Assembly: GCA_028819075.1 (NCBI GenBank) | Contig: JAPPMM010000065.1 | Coordinates: 83,067-147,066 of the forward strand | Length of the DNA stretch: 64,000 nt | Direction: 5' to 3' | From: Gammaproteobacteria bacterium | Lineage (GTDB): Bacteria; Gemmatimonadota; Gemmatimonadetes; Longimicrobiales; Gaopeijiaceae | In this document: positions 41,340 to 50,422 of the stretch, in pieces | Layout: each line of letters opens with the position of its first letter | Position numbering within the stretch: position 1 is the first letter of the stretch | Program-made: the position numbers and the translations under genes | Notes under the pieces: generated by a model | What the model was told of the DNA's origin: nothing | The model's input: the letters and a program-made list of their open reading frames with translations, nothing else | Database searches by the model: none

Positions 41340-43940
41340 CTATCCGGTGTGCTGCGCGGCCTGCGGTTCGCCGGCGGGCTCGTAGAATGCGCGCAAGTAC
41401 TCCTCCACGCGGCGCCAGGGCCCGTGGGCGAGCGGCGCCGGGGGGAGCGAGTCGAGCAGGTAGCGGCCGTAGCGGTACTTGACGATGCGCGAGTCCAGCA
41501 GCACCACGGCCCCCCGGTCCCGGCGCGAGCGCACCAGGCGACCGAATCCCTGGCGCAGGCGAAGCGCCGCCTGAGGCAGCATGAACTCCTGGAACGGATT
41601 CCCTCCGGCCGCCTCGATGGCTTCCATGCGTGCCTCGACCACGGGATCCGTGGGGACGCTGAACGGAAGCTTCTGGATGAGCAGTGCGCGCAGGGGGCGG
41701 CCGGGCACGTCCACTCCCTCCCAGAAGGAGGACGTGCCCAGCAGGATGGCGTTGCCCGCCTCGACGAAGCGGGCCAGGAGCCGGGACCGGTCATCCTCGC
41801 CGTGCACCAGCAGCGGCCAGGATCCCGCTCCCTCCGCCCTGAGCGCCTTCGCCACCGCGCGCAGGGATCGATGCGAGGTGAAGAGGGCGAACAGCCCACC
41901 CCCGGAGATGTCGGCGAGCGCGGCCACCGCCCGGGCCGTGGCACGATCGAAGGAACCGCTTCCCGCGGAAATTCCGAACGATGGCCGGGGCAGGTCCGAC
42001 GGGACGCAAAGCAGGGTCTGCGCACCGAAGTCGAAAGGAGAGTCGATGCGTGCTTCATCGACCTTCAGGGCGCCCACCTCCCCGGTATCGCCGGCGAGCC
42101 CGAGACGTCTTCGCAGAAAGCTGAAGTCCTTGCGCGTGGTCAGGGTCGCGGAGGTGAGCACGGTGGTGCGAACGCGCTCGAACAACTGTTCTCTGAGCAG
42201 TTCGTCCAGCTCGATGGGCGCGGCGGCGAGGTGCAGATTGCGCCGTTTGCCGCGCCGGGCGCTTCTCTGCTCCACCCAGCGAACGTATCGCTGTCCGTCT
42301 TCCGCCGGATCCAGGACGAGGCGCAGGCTCCGCGAAGCATTGGTCAGGCGGCGCTCGATGCTGCGCAGATCGAGGATCCTGCCCTCCAGCGGTTCGCGCC
42401 ACTCGTCGGTGAGCTCGATGCGCAGGGACAGTTCCGAAAGTTCGCGGGCCAGCCCAGCGAGCGCGTCCAGCAGCGCGCTGAAGTTCTCATGCACGCGAGC
42501 CCGGTCGATCGGTTCGGGGAGTTGCTCGGAACCCAGCCTGACGCGCACGCCTCCGGGGAGGGGCGTCATCTCGTCGAGGATCTCGAAGAAGGCCTGGAAT
42601 GCCGCGCGCGCCTGCGTGAGCGATGGGAGCACCCGGTCCGTCAGGCGGTCCAGAAGCGGTTTTGCGGCGGGACGTGCCAGGGAGCCCTCCGGCCGCACGC
42701 CATCCTCCGTAGCCGTGGGCAGGCCGGTGAGCTTGCGGCGCACCACGCCCGCCACGCGTTCCAGGCGGGTCAGCGTGGCGCCCAGCCCTTTTCGGCTCAG
42801 GCTTGCACCCAAGTGGCTGGTGGCGGCGTCCTCGACGTTGTGCGCTTCGTCGAGAATCAGTCGCCGGTACGCCGGCAGCGCCGCGGACTGGGTGAAGTTG
42901 TCGGTGACGATGCGCAGGGAGAGGTCGGAGAACAGCAGGTGGTGGTTCACCACCAGCACGTCGGCCGATGCCGCAACCCGGCGCGAGCGCTGGTAGAAGC
43001 AGGACTGGAAGTGCGGGCAGCGGGCGTGCAGGCAGATGTCGGAGTCGGACTGCACTTCCTCCCATACTTCGCGGGACGGGGCAGTCGCCAGGTCTGCGAG
43101 CGATCCGTCCTCCGTTGCGGCGATCCAGTCGAGCAGCCCGTTGACTTCGCGGGTGCGGTCCTCCTCGAAGAGGGTGGCCGCGCCTTCCGCCGCCAGGTGC
43201 GCGCGGCGGATGGAGATGTAGTTCCCCCGGCCCTTCATCAGCGCCCAGCGGAAGTCCTCTCCCAGAAGCTCGCGCACGAGGGGAAGATCCTTGGCGACGA
43301 GTTGTTCCTGCAGGTTGATGGTGTTGGTGGAGACGACCGTGCGTTCCTTGTTGCGGATCGCCCAGCGGGCCGCGGGGAGCAGATAGGCGACCGACTTTCC
43401 GGTGCCGGTGCCGGCCTCCACCAGGGTCACCCCTCCCTGATTGTATCCCCGCGCCACCTCCGCCAGCATGGCGCGCTGGCCCGGACGATCCTCATAGCGC
43501 CCGTGCAGGCGCGACAGCGCGCCGCCCGGGGCGGCCACCGCCTCCAGTTCGGGGATATCCAGGGGTTCGAGCGACGACGGCGGCGGCGGTTCCACCACCA
43601 CGTACAGCGCCCGCGCCAGGTTGTCGACGATGGCGCTGCCGACGCCCTGCTCGTAGAGCTGTCCGGCCACGTGGAGGTCCGCGTCGGAGGGCTCCAGCAC
43701 CCCCGAGGGGTGGTTGTGCAGCATGATCTCGCCGGTGCGCGCGTCGTTGGCGGCGGCGAGCACGGCGGCTCGATTGCCACGGGCCACGGTGCGCGGGTCA
43801 ACGATGACGCGCTCGGGGGTCACGGTGGCGAGAAAGCTGACCTCGCGCCCGCCCGCCCGCGCGATCTGCTCGCGCATGCGGCCCGCCGCCTCGCGAGCGA
43901 GGACGAGATCGGGCCGCGGACGAGTCCGCTCGGCGGTCAC
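41340..43940 (-). CDS. DinG/XPD-family ATP-dependent DNA helicase with N-terminal RadC-like JAB (JAMM/MPN+) domain
   Basis: 866 aa. Residues ~30-120 carry E(32)...HNHPSGVLEPSDAD, an exact H-x-H-x7-S-x2-D JAMM motif. These are followed by Walker A AGTGTGKS, a Cys-rich Fe-S insert CLHARCPHFQSC, the DEAH box LILDEAHN, and C-terminal helicase motifs (TSATL, SFWEGVD, QGFGRLVRS). Confidence 0.8.
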   Translation of the reverse strand: MTAERTRPRPDLVLAREAAGRMREQIARAGGREVSFLATVTPERVIVDPRTVARGNRAAVLAAANDARTGEIMLHNHPSGVLEPSDADLHVAGQLYEQGVGSAIVDNLARALYVVVEPPPPSSLEPLDIPELEAVAAPGGALSRLHGRYEDRPGQRAMLAEVARGYNQGGVTLVEAGTGTGKSVAYLLPAARWAIRNKERTVVSTNTINLQEQLVAKDLPLVRELLGEDFRWALMKGRGNYISIRRAHLAAEGAATLFEEDRTREVNGLLDWIAATEDGSLADLATAPSREVWEEVQSDSDICLHARCPHFQSCFYQRSRRVAASADVLVVNHHLLFSDLSLRIVTDNFTQSAALPAYRRLILDEAHNVEDAATSHLGASLSRKGLGATLTRLERVAGVVRRKLTGLPTATEDGVRPEGSLARPAAKPLLDRLTDRVLPSLTQARAAFQAFFEILDEMTPLPGGVRVRLGSEQLPEPIDRARVHENFSALLDALAGLARELSELSLRIELTDEWREPLEGRILDLRSIERRLTNASRSLRLVLDPAEDGQRYVRWVEQRSARRGKRRNLHLAAAPIELDELLREQLFERVRTTVLTSATLTTRKDFSFLRRRLGLAGDTGEVGALKVDEARIDSPFDFGAQTLLCVPSDLPRPSFGISAGSGSFDRATARAVAALADISGGGLFALFTSHRSLRAVAKALRAEGAGSWPLLVHGEDDRSRLLARFVEAGNAILLGTSSFWEGVDVPGRPLRALLIQKLPFSVPTDPVVEARMEAIEAAGGNPFQEFMLPQAALRLRQGFGRLVRSRRDRGAVVLLDSRIVKYRYGRYLLDSLPPAPLAHGPWRRVEEYLRAFYEPAGEPQAAQHTG

Positions 43941-43980
43941 GGGGCGGAGGTCCGGAGTATGATCTTCCCTGCCGTCGGCG

Positions 43981-45264
43981 TCAGGTCTTGCGCTGCTTCT
44001 TGCGAGCCGCCGGGAAGAGGACGTTGTTCAGGATCAGGCGATAGCCGCCTGAGTTGGCGTGCAGCGAGAGATCCGTGGGGGGATCGCCGATCTGGTGCTC
44101 GGGGTCTTCCGGATCGTGCCCGCCGTAGAAGGTCCAGGTTCCCTCGCCCCGGTTCCCGTGGAGGTATTTGGCCCATCCGCCCTCCTGCGCCAGGACGATG
44201 GCGCCCGGCTTGATGCGGTCCAGGCGGAAGGACGTGGTTAGCCCGTAGAAGTCGGAGAGCACGTCCTCATGGCTCTGCGTCAGCATCGACGGCACGGGAT
44301 CCAGCTTGGCCGAGAACTCGAAGAGCGAAAACGTGCCGAGTTCTTCCCGCCAGGGCGTATTGACCTGGTGGCCGTCGATGTCGCTGAACGCGTTGACCGA
44401 CGGAGAGAGCTGCACTTCGGCGTTCTGAAACCCCAGCGCCCGACCCCACTGCATGTGTGCCGAGGCGTCGAGGGCCGGCGGGGTCCCGTCGGCGAAGGCC
44501 GCCGCGATGTCGGCATCCCGGGCCGCCAGGGCCAGGCCGAGCGTCTCGGTTGCCGAGCACATGGCAAAGAGGAAGCCGCCTGCCTCGACGTAGTCCAGAA
44601 TCACGCTCGCAACCGCCTTCTTGAGCGCGGGCACGTGCGGATATCCGAACGCGGTCGCCACCTCCTGGTTTCGGGCCACTTCCTCCTGCAGCCAGGGAGC
44701 TCCCGCGTACGTGATGAAGAACTTGGAATACTGGCCCGTGAAGTCCTCGTGGTGGAGATGGAGCCATTCGTAGTTCTCCAGATCCCCGTTCAGGACCTCC
44801 GGATCCCAGACCTTGTCGTAGGTGATGCCTGCATACTCGAGCGCCATCGTCACGGCGTCGTCCCAGGGCGTCGTGTTGGCGGGCGTGTAGATCGCAACGC
44901 TGGGCGCCTTCTCGAGGATCACCGACTCCATGTTGGAGCGCGCGATCAGCGCGCGTATCGCGGCTACGTCGGCGGCGCCAACCGGCTCGATGCTGACGCC
45001 GCGAAACGCCGCTTCCCGACGAACGTCCTGCCTGTCCGGCAAGAGGAAGGCGCCGTCCCGGTAGTTGAGCAGCCACTCCGCGGTCGCGCCCCGCTCGAGG
45101 CTCCAGTAGGTGAGGCCGTAGGCCTTCAGGTGATCGTCCTGATCCTGGTCCATCGGCACCAGCAGATGCTGGGCCCGCAGGGCTCCCGGAGCCAGCAACA
45201 GGGCCGCGAGCAGCGTCGTCCGGGCCAGGCACCGCCCGCCTCTCGATCGGAAAGAATCGTTCAC
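43981..45264 (-). CDS. secreted hypothetical protein, possible class-I glutamine-amidotransferase-like (ThuA/DUF1355-like) fold
   Basis: 427 aa from GTG 45262-45264, preceded by AGGAGG and overlapping the upstream stop. Signal peptide LARTTLLAALLLAPGALRAQ. The segments VAIYTP...WDDAVTMALEYAGITYDKV...YEWLHLHHEDFTG and GGFLFAMCSATE are reminiscent of a nucleophile-elbow fold. The fold call is speculative. The 727-aa tracked ORF is a read-through over the TPR gene. Confidence 0.55.
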   Translation of the reverse strand: MNDSFRSRGGRCLARTTLLAALLLAPGALRAQHLLVPMDQDQDDHLKAYGLTYWSLERGATAEWLLNYRDGAFLLPDRQDVRREAAFRGVSIEPVGAADVAAIRALIARSNMESVILEKAPSVAIYTPANTTPWDDAVTMALEYAGITYDKVWDPEVLNGDLENYEWLHLHHEDFTGQYSKFFITYAGAPWLQEEVARNQEVATAFGYPHVPALKKAVASVILDYVEAGGFLFAMCSATETLGLALAARDADIAAAFADGTPPALDASAHMQWGRALGFQNAEVQLSPSVNAFSDIDGHQVNTPWREELGTFSLFEFSAKLDPVPSMLTQSHEDVLSDFYGLTTSFRLDRIKPGAIVLAQEGGWAKYLHGNRGEGTWTFYGGHDPEDPEHQIGDPPTDLSLHANSGGYRLILNNVLFPAARKKQRKT

Positions 45265-47045
45265 GATGCACCTCCTGACGCCCTCAGGCGTTCCAGTTCG
45301 CGGCGGGCCACCGGCACGACCGCGCTGTTGGGGCGGGCCAGAATGAGTTCCTCGAGCAGCTCGATGGCGGCCGGCACGCCGGTGGGGGTGGTTGCCCGGT
45401 AGCGGGCCAACTGCAGGATGGCTTCCGGCGCCTCGCTCGACTCCGGAAAGGTGGCGGCCAGAGATTCGCGCAGGCGCGCTGCCTCGCTCTGCTGGTCGAT
45501 TTCGTCGGCGATGCGGGCGGCCATGGCGAGGAGGGGCGGCTGGTCGTCCGGCGGCAGGGCGTGCACCGCTTCGGTCACCAGCGAGAACGCCGCGCCGGCG
45601 CCCTCCCTGTGGCGCGCGATGGCCACCCTGCCCGCCAGCGCGGCCGCCTGCTCGCCCACCCGGTCCAGGATGCCGATCAGCTGCACGATCGCCGTAGCCT
45701 CGGTCGCGGGCAGTCCCCCCGCGGCGAGCATCAGGTTGATCCGGGCGCTCTCCCGGTTGTCCGCCTCGAGCGCCAGCCACGCGCGCTCCTGGGCGCTCAG
45801 CGGACCCTGAACCCCTTCCAGCACGAACGCTGCGGTTTCCAGGTCGCCGTTCTCGCGAAAGCGTGCCGAAAGCGCCACCGCCAGCGGATCGGCTTCGGGT
45901 GCGTTCGGAAACTCCTCGCGGAAGGCCGCGAAGCGGTCGAGCAGCGCGAGGGGAGCGCCGGTCGCCGTCTCCAGTCGAATCATCTCGGCGAGAGCACGTC
46001 GCCGCTCCGGCGAGCGCTCGGGCAGTCCGCGGGCGTACCGCTCCCTGGCCTCCAGCGCGCGCACGGTATCGCCGGCAACGAGCGAGGTGACCGCGATCTG
46101 TCGATCCAGCGTGCGCGCTCGTGAACCCCTCGGAGTCTCCCGGCGCAACTGCTGCAGCGTCCACAGCGCAAGCTGATCGGCGTCCTTTTCCTCGGCGAGC
46201 CGCAGCAATGCGTTGAGGAAGCCCTCGCGCTCACGCTCCGGAAGATCTCCCGCAACCTCCTCCGCAAGACTCAGCGCCTCCGGCTGCAGGCGAGCCTCGA
46301 GCGCGATCTCGATTGCCGCCCGCCTGCGGGTTTCGGACGCACCTTCCGCCGCCAGCTCGCGAACCACCGCGGGTGCCAACCCGGGATGCTCCCCGCCGGT
46401 GCGCACCATCCGCCGCAAGGCCCCGGGCGCCTGGGCATCCGGGCCGTCGAGGGCGCGTGCCCACTCCATGAGGGCCTCCAGGGGACGATCGAGGCGAAGC
46501 AGGACATCTCCGGCTTCGACCGCGAGGACTCCACCACCCGCGCGGCTCTGTCCCCGCCGAAGCACGGACAGCGCTTCCTCGCCCCCGAACGCCCGTTCGT
46601 ACACTCGCGCGACTTCGCGATAGGAATCCGGCGAGGCCGGGTTCTGCGCGATCCAGGACTGCGCCGCGGAACGCAGTTCGGCCAGGGAATCCACCTCCAG
46701 GAGGATCCTCAGCTTGAGGTAGCGGGGACCGGTGGACACGGGGTCGACCGCCAGGAACGCGTCGATGGGATCCAGAACCTGCGACACCCGGCCCTGTGCC
46801 CGCAGCACGCGCTCCAGTGCGAAAATGGCTCCCGAGGAAGCCGGCCGCTCCGCCAACAGCGACGTGAGGATCTCGACCGAGGCGGCGTAGTCTCCCGCCG
46901 ACTCGGCGCGCGCAGCCTCGCGCAGCAGCCGGGATTCATCGCTCGACGACAATTGGCCGTCCGCGGTGGCGGGTGCGAGCGCAAGCGCCATGCCGATCAC
47001 GAGCCAGGGAACTGCCGACAGCCTCCGCCGGGTGCCGTCGTTCAC
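45261..47045 (-). CDS. secreted all-alpha TPR-like repeat protein
   Basis: 594 aa. Signal peptide (LSAVPWLVIGMALALAPATADG) followed by helical repeat-like Ala/Leu/Arg/Glu-rich sequence throughout. The GTG start overlaps the upstream stop and its own stop overlaps the downstream start. Confidence 0.6.
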   Translation of the reverse strand: MNDGTRRRLSAVPWLVIGMALALAPATADGQLSSSDESRLLREAARAESAGDYAASVEILTSLLAERPASSGAIFALERVLRAQGRVSQVLDPIDAFLAVDPVSTGPRYLKLRILLEVDSLAELRSAAQSWIAQNPASPDSYREVARVYERAFGGEEALSVLRRGQSRAGGGVLAVEAGDVLLRLDRPLEALMEWARALDGPDAQAPGALRRMVRTGGEHPGLAPAVVRELAAEGASETRRRAAIEIALEARLQPEALSLAEEVAGDLPEREREGFLNALLRLAEEKDADQLALWTLQQLRRETPRGSRARTLDRQIAVTSLVAGDTVRALEARERYARGLPERSPERRRALAEMIRLETATGAPLALLDRFAAFREEFPNAPEADPLAVALSARFRENGDLETAAFVLEGVQGPLSAQERAWLALEADNRESARINLMLAAGGLPATEATAIVQLIGILDRVGEQAAALAGRVAIARHREGAGAAFSLVTEAVHALPPDDQPPLLAMAARIADEIDQQSEAARLRESLAATFPESSEAPEAILQLARYRATTPTGVPAAIELLEELILARPNSAVVPVARRELERLRASGGAS

Positions 47046-50000
47046 GACCCGCCTCCCGGGGGCAGGGTGGCGGCAGCCTGGTTGAGGCGCTCGAAGTACT
47101 CGATCACCAGGCGCCTCTGCGCGGGGGGCAGGCGACCCAGCACATCCGCCGGAGGAAGCTCGAACCGGAGCGCGTTCAGGTCCTCTTCCGAAAGAGGCCC
47201 TACGACGTTTCGCTCGAATTCTCCGGGAACCTCGGATTCCCGCTCATCCGACTCCTCGTCCCGCTCGAGGCTTCGCCCGGCATCCAGCAAGCGCTGGAAG
47301 AGTTGCTCCTGGCGTTCGATGGTTTCCGCTCGCAGGCGCTCCATCGCGAGTTCCTCGGCCAGAGCGGCCGCCTCCTGCGCAAGCTCATCAAGATCCCCGA
47401 GCGCCTGCTCTTCGGAGTTCGGCTGCTGCGCCAGATCACCGAGCTCGCCGGCCACCGCCTCCTGACCCTGCGAGAGCTGTTGCATCTGCCTGGCGAGCGC
47501 CTGCTCGCCCAGCTGCATCGGCATGAGTTCCTCGGTCTGCATGATCAGATCACCCTGTCGCTGGGCGATCGCCTCGAGCATCTCCTGCATCTCTCCGGCT
47601 CCGCCCGAAGCCGCATCCTGCCCTGACTGCCCGGCGCCTGCGATGGCCTGGAGCGCAACCTGGTTGAGCGCGCGAACCGCCGCCTCGGCGGTCGCGGTCG
47701 GAGACGGCGTCGACCCACGCCGGCTGTCGAGCGCTTCCAGCGTCTCGGTGATGGCCTCCATGGCTTCGCCGATGGCGGTGCTGACCGCGCGATCAACCTG
47801 GCCGGAGGCGCGCGATCCGGCGCTCAGGTTCTCGGCCATGTTGCGCACCCCACGCAGAAGCGATGCCTCATCGGCCCGCATGGCCGCCTGCTGCTCCGTG
47901 TTCGCGCGCCGCATCTGCTCGCGCAACGCGGCCTGCTGGCGCGCGAGGGAGAGCGCATCCTCGGCCGTCTGCCGGAGGGCCTCGCGGGCGGCGGCATCCA
48001 TGGACTGCGTCATCTCGGCGCGCGCTTCCGCCAGCGCCTCCTGTGCTTCCCTGAGCGCCTCGGCCGCCTCTCTGGCCTCCTGCGCGGCCGACTGTGCTTC
48101 TCCTGCCTCCGCCTGCTCGCGGGCTTCGGCCATGTCGCGGCGCGCTTCGTCGGTACGCTCGCCCGCGGTCTGGGCGCGGTCTCCGGCCTGTTGCTCTCCC
48201 AGCTCGTCGAGGTGCTCGCGCGCCTCTTCCATGCGCTCCAGGAGCGCTTCGGTCTGCTGCTCCAGGTCGGCCTGCTGGCGCGCGCGCAGGTCGAGGGTGT
48301 CCCCCTCCTCCATCGCGTCGGCGAGCGCATCCTCCCTGCGCGCCAACTCCGCGGCCTCCTCCTCGGCGGCGCGCAGTGCCTGTTCCGTTGCGGCGCGGCG
48401 GAAGCGCTCGATGGATTCCTCCAGACGCTGGCGCATTTCCTCCTGGTCCTGCGCGAGCCGTTCCAGCGCTTCCAGGGAAGCGGCTTCGTCCATCTCCTCC
48501 AGGTTGCGCGCCATGTCTTCCATGCGTTCGCGCAGCTCCTCCGGCATCATCTCCTCGAGAAGACGCTGAAGCTCCTCCATCTCCTCCGTGAACTCGGGAT
48601 CCGGCAGACCTGCCTGGCGCATGGACTCGGAGACCTCCTCCAGCTCCTGCCTCAGCGAATCCACCTCGGCGGCCAGTTCCTCCTGCGCCTCGAGCGCCTG
48701 CCGCAGCTCCTCCTGCTCCTCGAAGCTCAGCTCCTCCTCGCCCTGCGTTCCAGGGTTCCGGCGCTCCTCGGCGAGCTCCGCCTGATTGCGCCGCTCCAGC
48801 TCGCGGGTCTCCTCGGCCGCTTCTCCCGCCTGTTCAGCCAGCGACTCGACCTCGGCCGCCGCGTCCTCGAGCATCTGCTGGGCCTGCCAGCGAAGCTCGG
48901 AGGCCCCCGGCATGCGCAACACGTATTCCGGGCTCTCGCCGATCTGCGGCGACGGTGCGTTGTCGAGCACGCGCGCCCGGTAGCGGACCACGTCGCCGGC
49001 GAGCAGTCCCCAGTCTGATACGTCCAGGAGCGGGCGCACGAGGGCGCTCCGGGTGCCGGCCATTCCCATTCTGCGCACGACCGGATCCTCGGGCGCCCCC
49101 AGAGACCGCACCCGGTAGGCCACCAGCTCGACGGAAGCGAGTCCGTAGTCGTCCTGAGCCTGAACGACCAGCGGCTGCTCCATCGAGAGAGGCAGAACGG
49201 TGTCGCGGCCGGGAAACACGATGGCGACAGCGGGCACCGAGTCGCGCACCAGGGTGATGTCGAGCGGAACGGGCGGGATCTCCGGACCGCCGCCGCGCGC
49301 ATCGACCAGATGCCAGTGGTATACGCCCCCGACGCGCGGCGTCCAGTCGGCATGGAAGCGGGGGCCGTCGACCTGCAGGGCGACAGCCGGTCCGCCCGGC
49401 TCCTCGACCGCGAGGCTGGCCACCTGAAGTTCGCGGCTGGCGCGTCCTTCCACGCGGACGCGGGTGCCCACCGGAACGCTCAACCCGGGCGCGGATCCCC
49501 GATACTCCTCCGCATACCGGCCGGTGTGGGGAGGGAAGGTGAGCTGCAGGGTCAGATCCGCCACGAACAGCGGGTCCACCGGCGTGACCCGGTAGCGCTC
49601 GCTCGTGCTCCCGTCAGGCGCCGACGCCCAGTACTCGAAGGCGGTTTCCACGGCGTTGAACCGGAACGTTGCGACGCTGTCAGGCATCTGGCGCGTGTCG
49701 GCGCGCGGTACGTCTCCGGGCGCGCGGGAGTGCAGCGTAACCTCGAGGCGTCCCATCGTTTCGACCTCGATGGCGACGTCCGACCCCCGGGCGACCTCGA
49801 TGTCCCCCGGCCGGACCACCAGAGGGGCATAGCGCGGGCTCGCCATCACCCCGAAGGGAGTCGCGAGCCCCGACCACGCGCGCCGCGACCGTTCCGGCGA
49901 CGCGACCCACGCGGAGATCACGGGTACGCTGGCCACCACCAGCGCCCCCGCCCCGAGGCGCATCCAGCGGCCGCTGCGCCGGTGGAGCGATCCGGCCAGC

Positions 50001-50422
50001 ACGGACGTGGGGGACGTGAGGCGCCCCGCAACCCGCGCTTCGGCACGGCGTGCCAGCGCGGCCGATACGCCGGGCGGGACCGAACGGGAGAGTTCGAGCG
50101 AGCTACGCACCACGCCGCGGGCCAGACCGGTCGCCTCCTCCATGGTTGCGGCGACCCTGGCTTCGTCGAGCCAGCGGCGCCGGAGCCGGAGCAGCAAAGC
50201 GACCAGGGTGGCGACCGCGGCGACCGCGAGCCCGTCCAGGATCAGCGGCGCCGCGCTTCCCTGACGCCACCCCGCCGCGCCCCCCAGCCACCATGCGAGC
50301 ATCAGGATGACGGCCACGGGAACGGTCGCCCACAGCACTCCCGCCATCCCGAAGCGGGTTCCGACGTGACCGCGCACGGCCTCGAATGCGCCGCGGACGC
50401 TCGGGCGGGCCGCCGGGCTCAT
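47042..50422 (-). CDS. large membrane protein with acidic coiled-coil C-terminal half (DUF4175-like)
   Basis: 1126 aa. Two N-terminal helices (residues ~26-48 and ~60-80) precede a beta-rich central region of ~400 aa. From residue ~510 onward there is a ~580-aa Glu/Ala/Arg/Gln/Leu-rich low-complexity helical region, ending ...RRLVIEYFERLNQ. The architecture matches my recollection of DUF4175, which is not verified. Confidence 0.6.
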   Translation of the reverse strand: MSPAARPSVRGAFEAVRGHVGTRFGMAGVLWATVPVAVILMLAWWLGGAAGWRQGSAAPLILDGLAVAAVATLVALLLRLRRRWLDEARVAATMEEATGLARGVVRSSLELSRSVPPGVSAALARRAEARVAGRLTSPTSVLAGSLHRRSGRWMRLGAGALVVASVPVISAWVASPERSRRAWSGLATPFGVMASPRYAPLVVRPGDIEVARGSDVAIEVETMGRLEVTLHSRAPGDVPRADTRQMPDSVATFRFNAVETAFEYWASAPDGSTSERYRVTPVDPLFVADLTLQLTFPPHTGRYAEEYRGSAPGLSVPVGTRVRVEGRASRELQVASLAVEEPGGPAVALQVDGPRFHADWTPRVGGVYHWHLVDARGGGPEIPPVPLDITLVRDSVPAVAIVFPGRDTVLPLSMEQPLVVQAQDDYGLASVELVAYRVRSLGAPEDPVVRRMGMAGTRSALVRPLLDVSDWGLLAGDVVRYRARVLDNAPSPQIGESPEYVLRMPGASELRWQAQQMLEDAAAEVESLAEQAGEAAEETRELERRNQAELAEERRNPGTQGEEELSFEEQEELRQALEAQEELAAEVDSLRQELEEVSESMRQAGLPDPEFTEEMEELQRLLEEMMPEELRERMEDMARNLEEMDEAASLEALERLAQDQEEMRQRLEESIERFRRAATEQALRAAEEEAAELARREDALADAMEEGDTLDLRARQQADLEQQTEALLERMEEAREHLDELGEQQAGDRAQTAGERTDEARRDMAEAREQAEAGEAQSAAQEAREAAEALREAQEALAEARAEMTQSMDAAAREALRQTAEDALSLARQQAALREQMRRANTEQQAAMRADEASLLRGVRNMAENLSAGSRASGQVDRAVSTAIGEAMEAITETLEALDSRRGSTPSPTATAEAAVRALNQVALQAIAGAGQSGQDAASGGAGEMQEMLEAIAQRQGDLIMQTEELMPMQLGEQALARQMQQLSQGQEAVAGELGDLAQQPNSEEQALGDLDELAQEAAALAEELAMERLRAETIERQEQLFQRLLDAGRSLERDEESDERESEVPGEFERNVVGPLSEEDLNALRFELPPADVLGRLPPAQRRLVIEYFERLNQAAATLPPGGGS

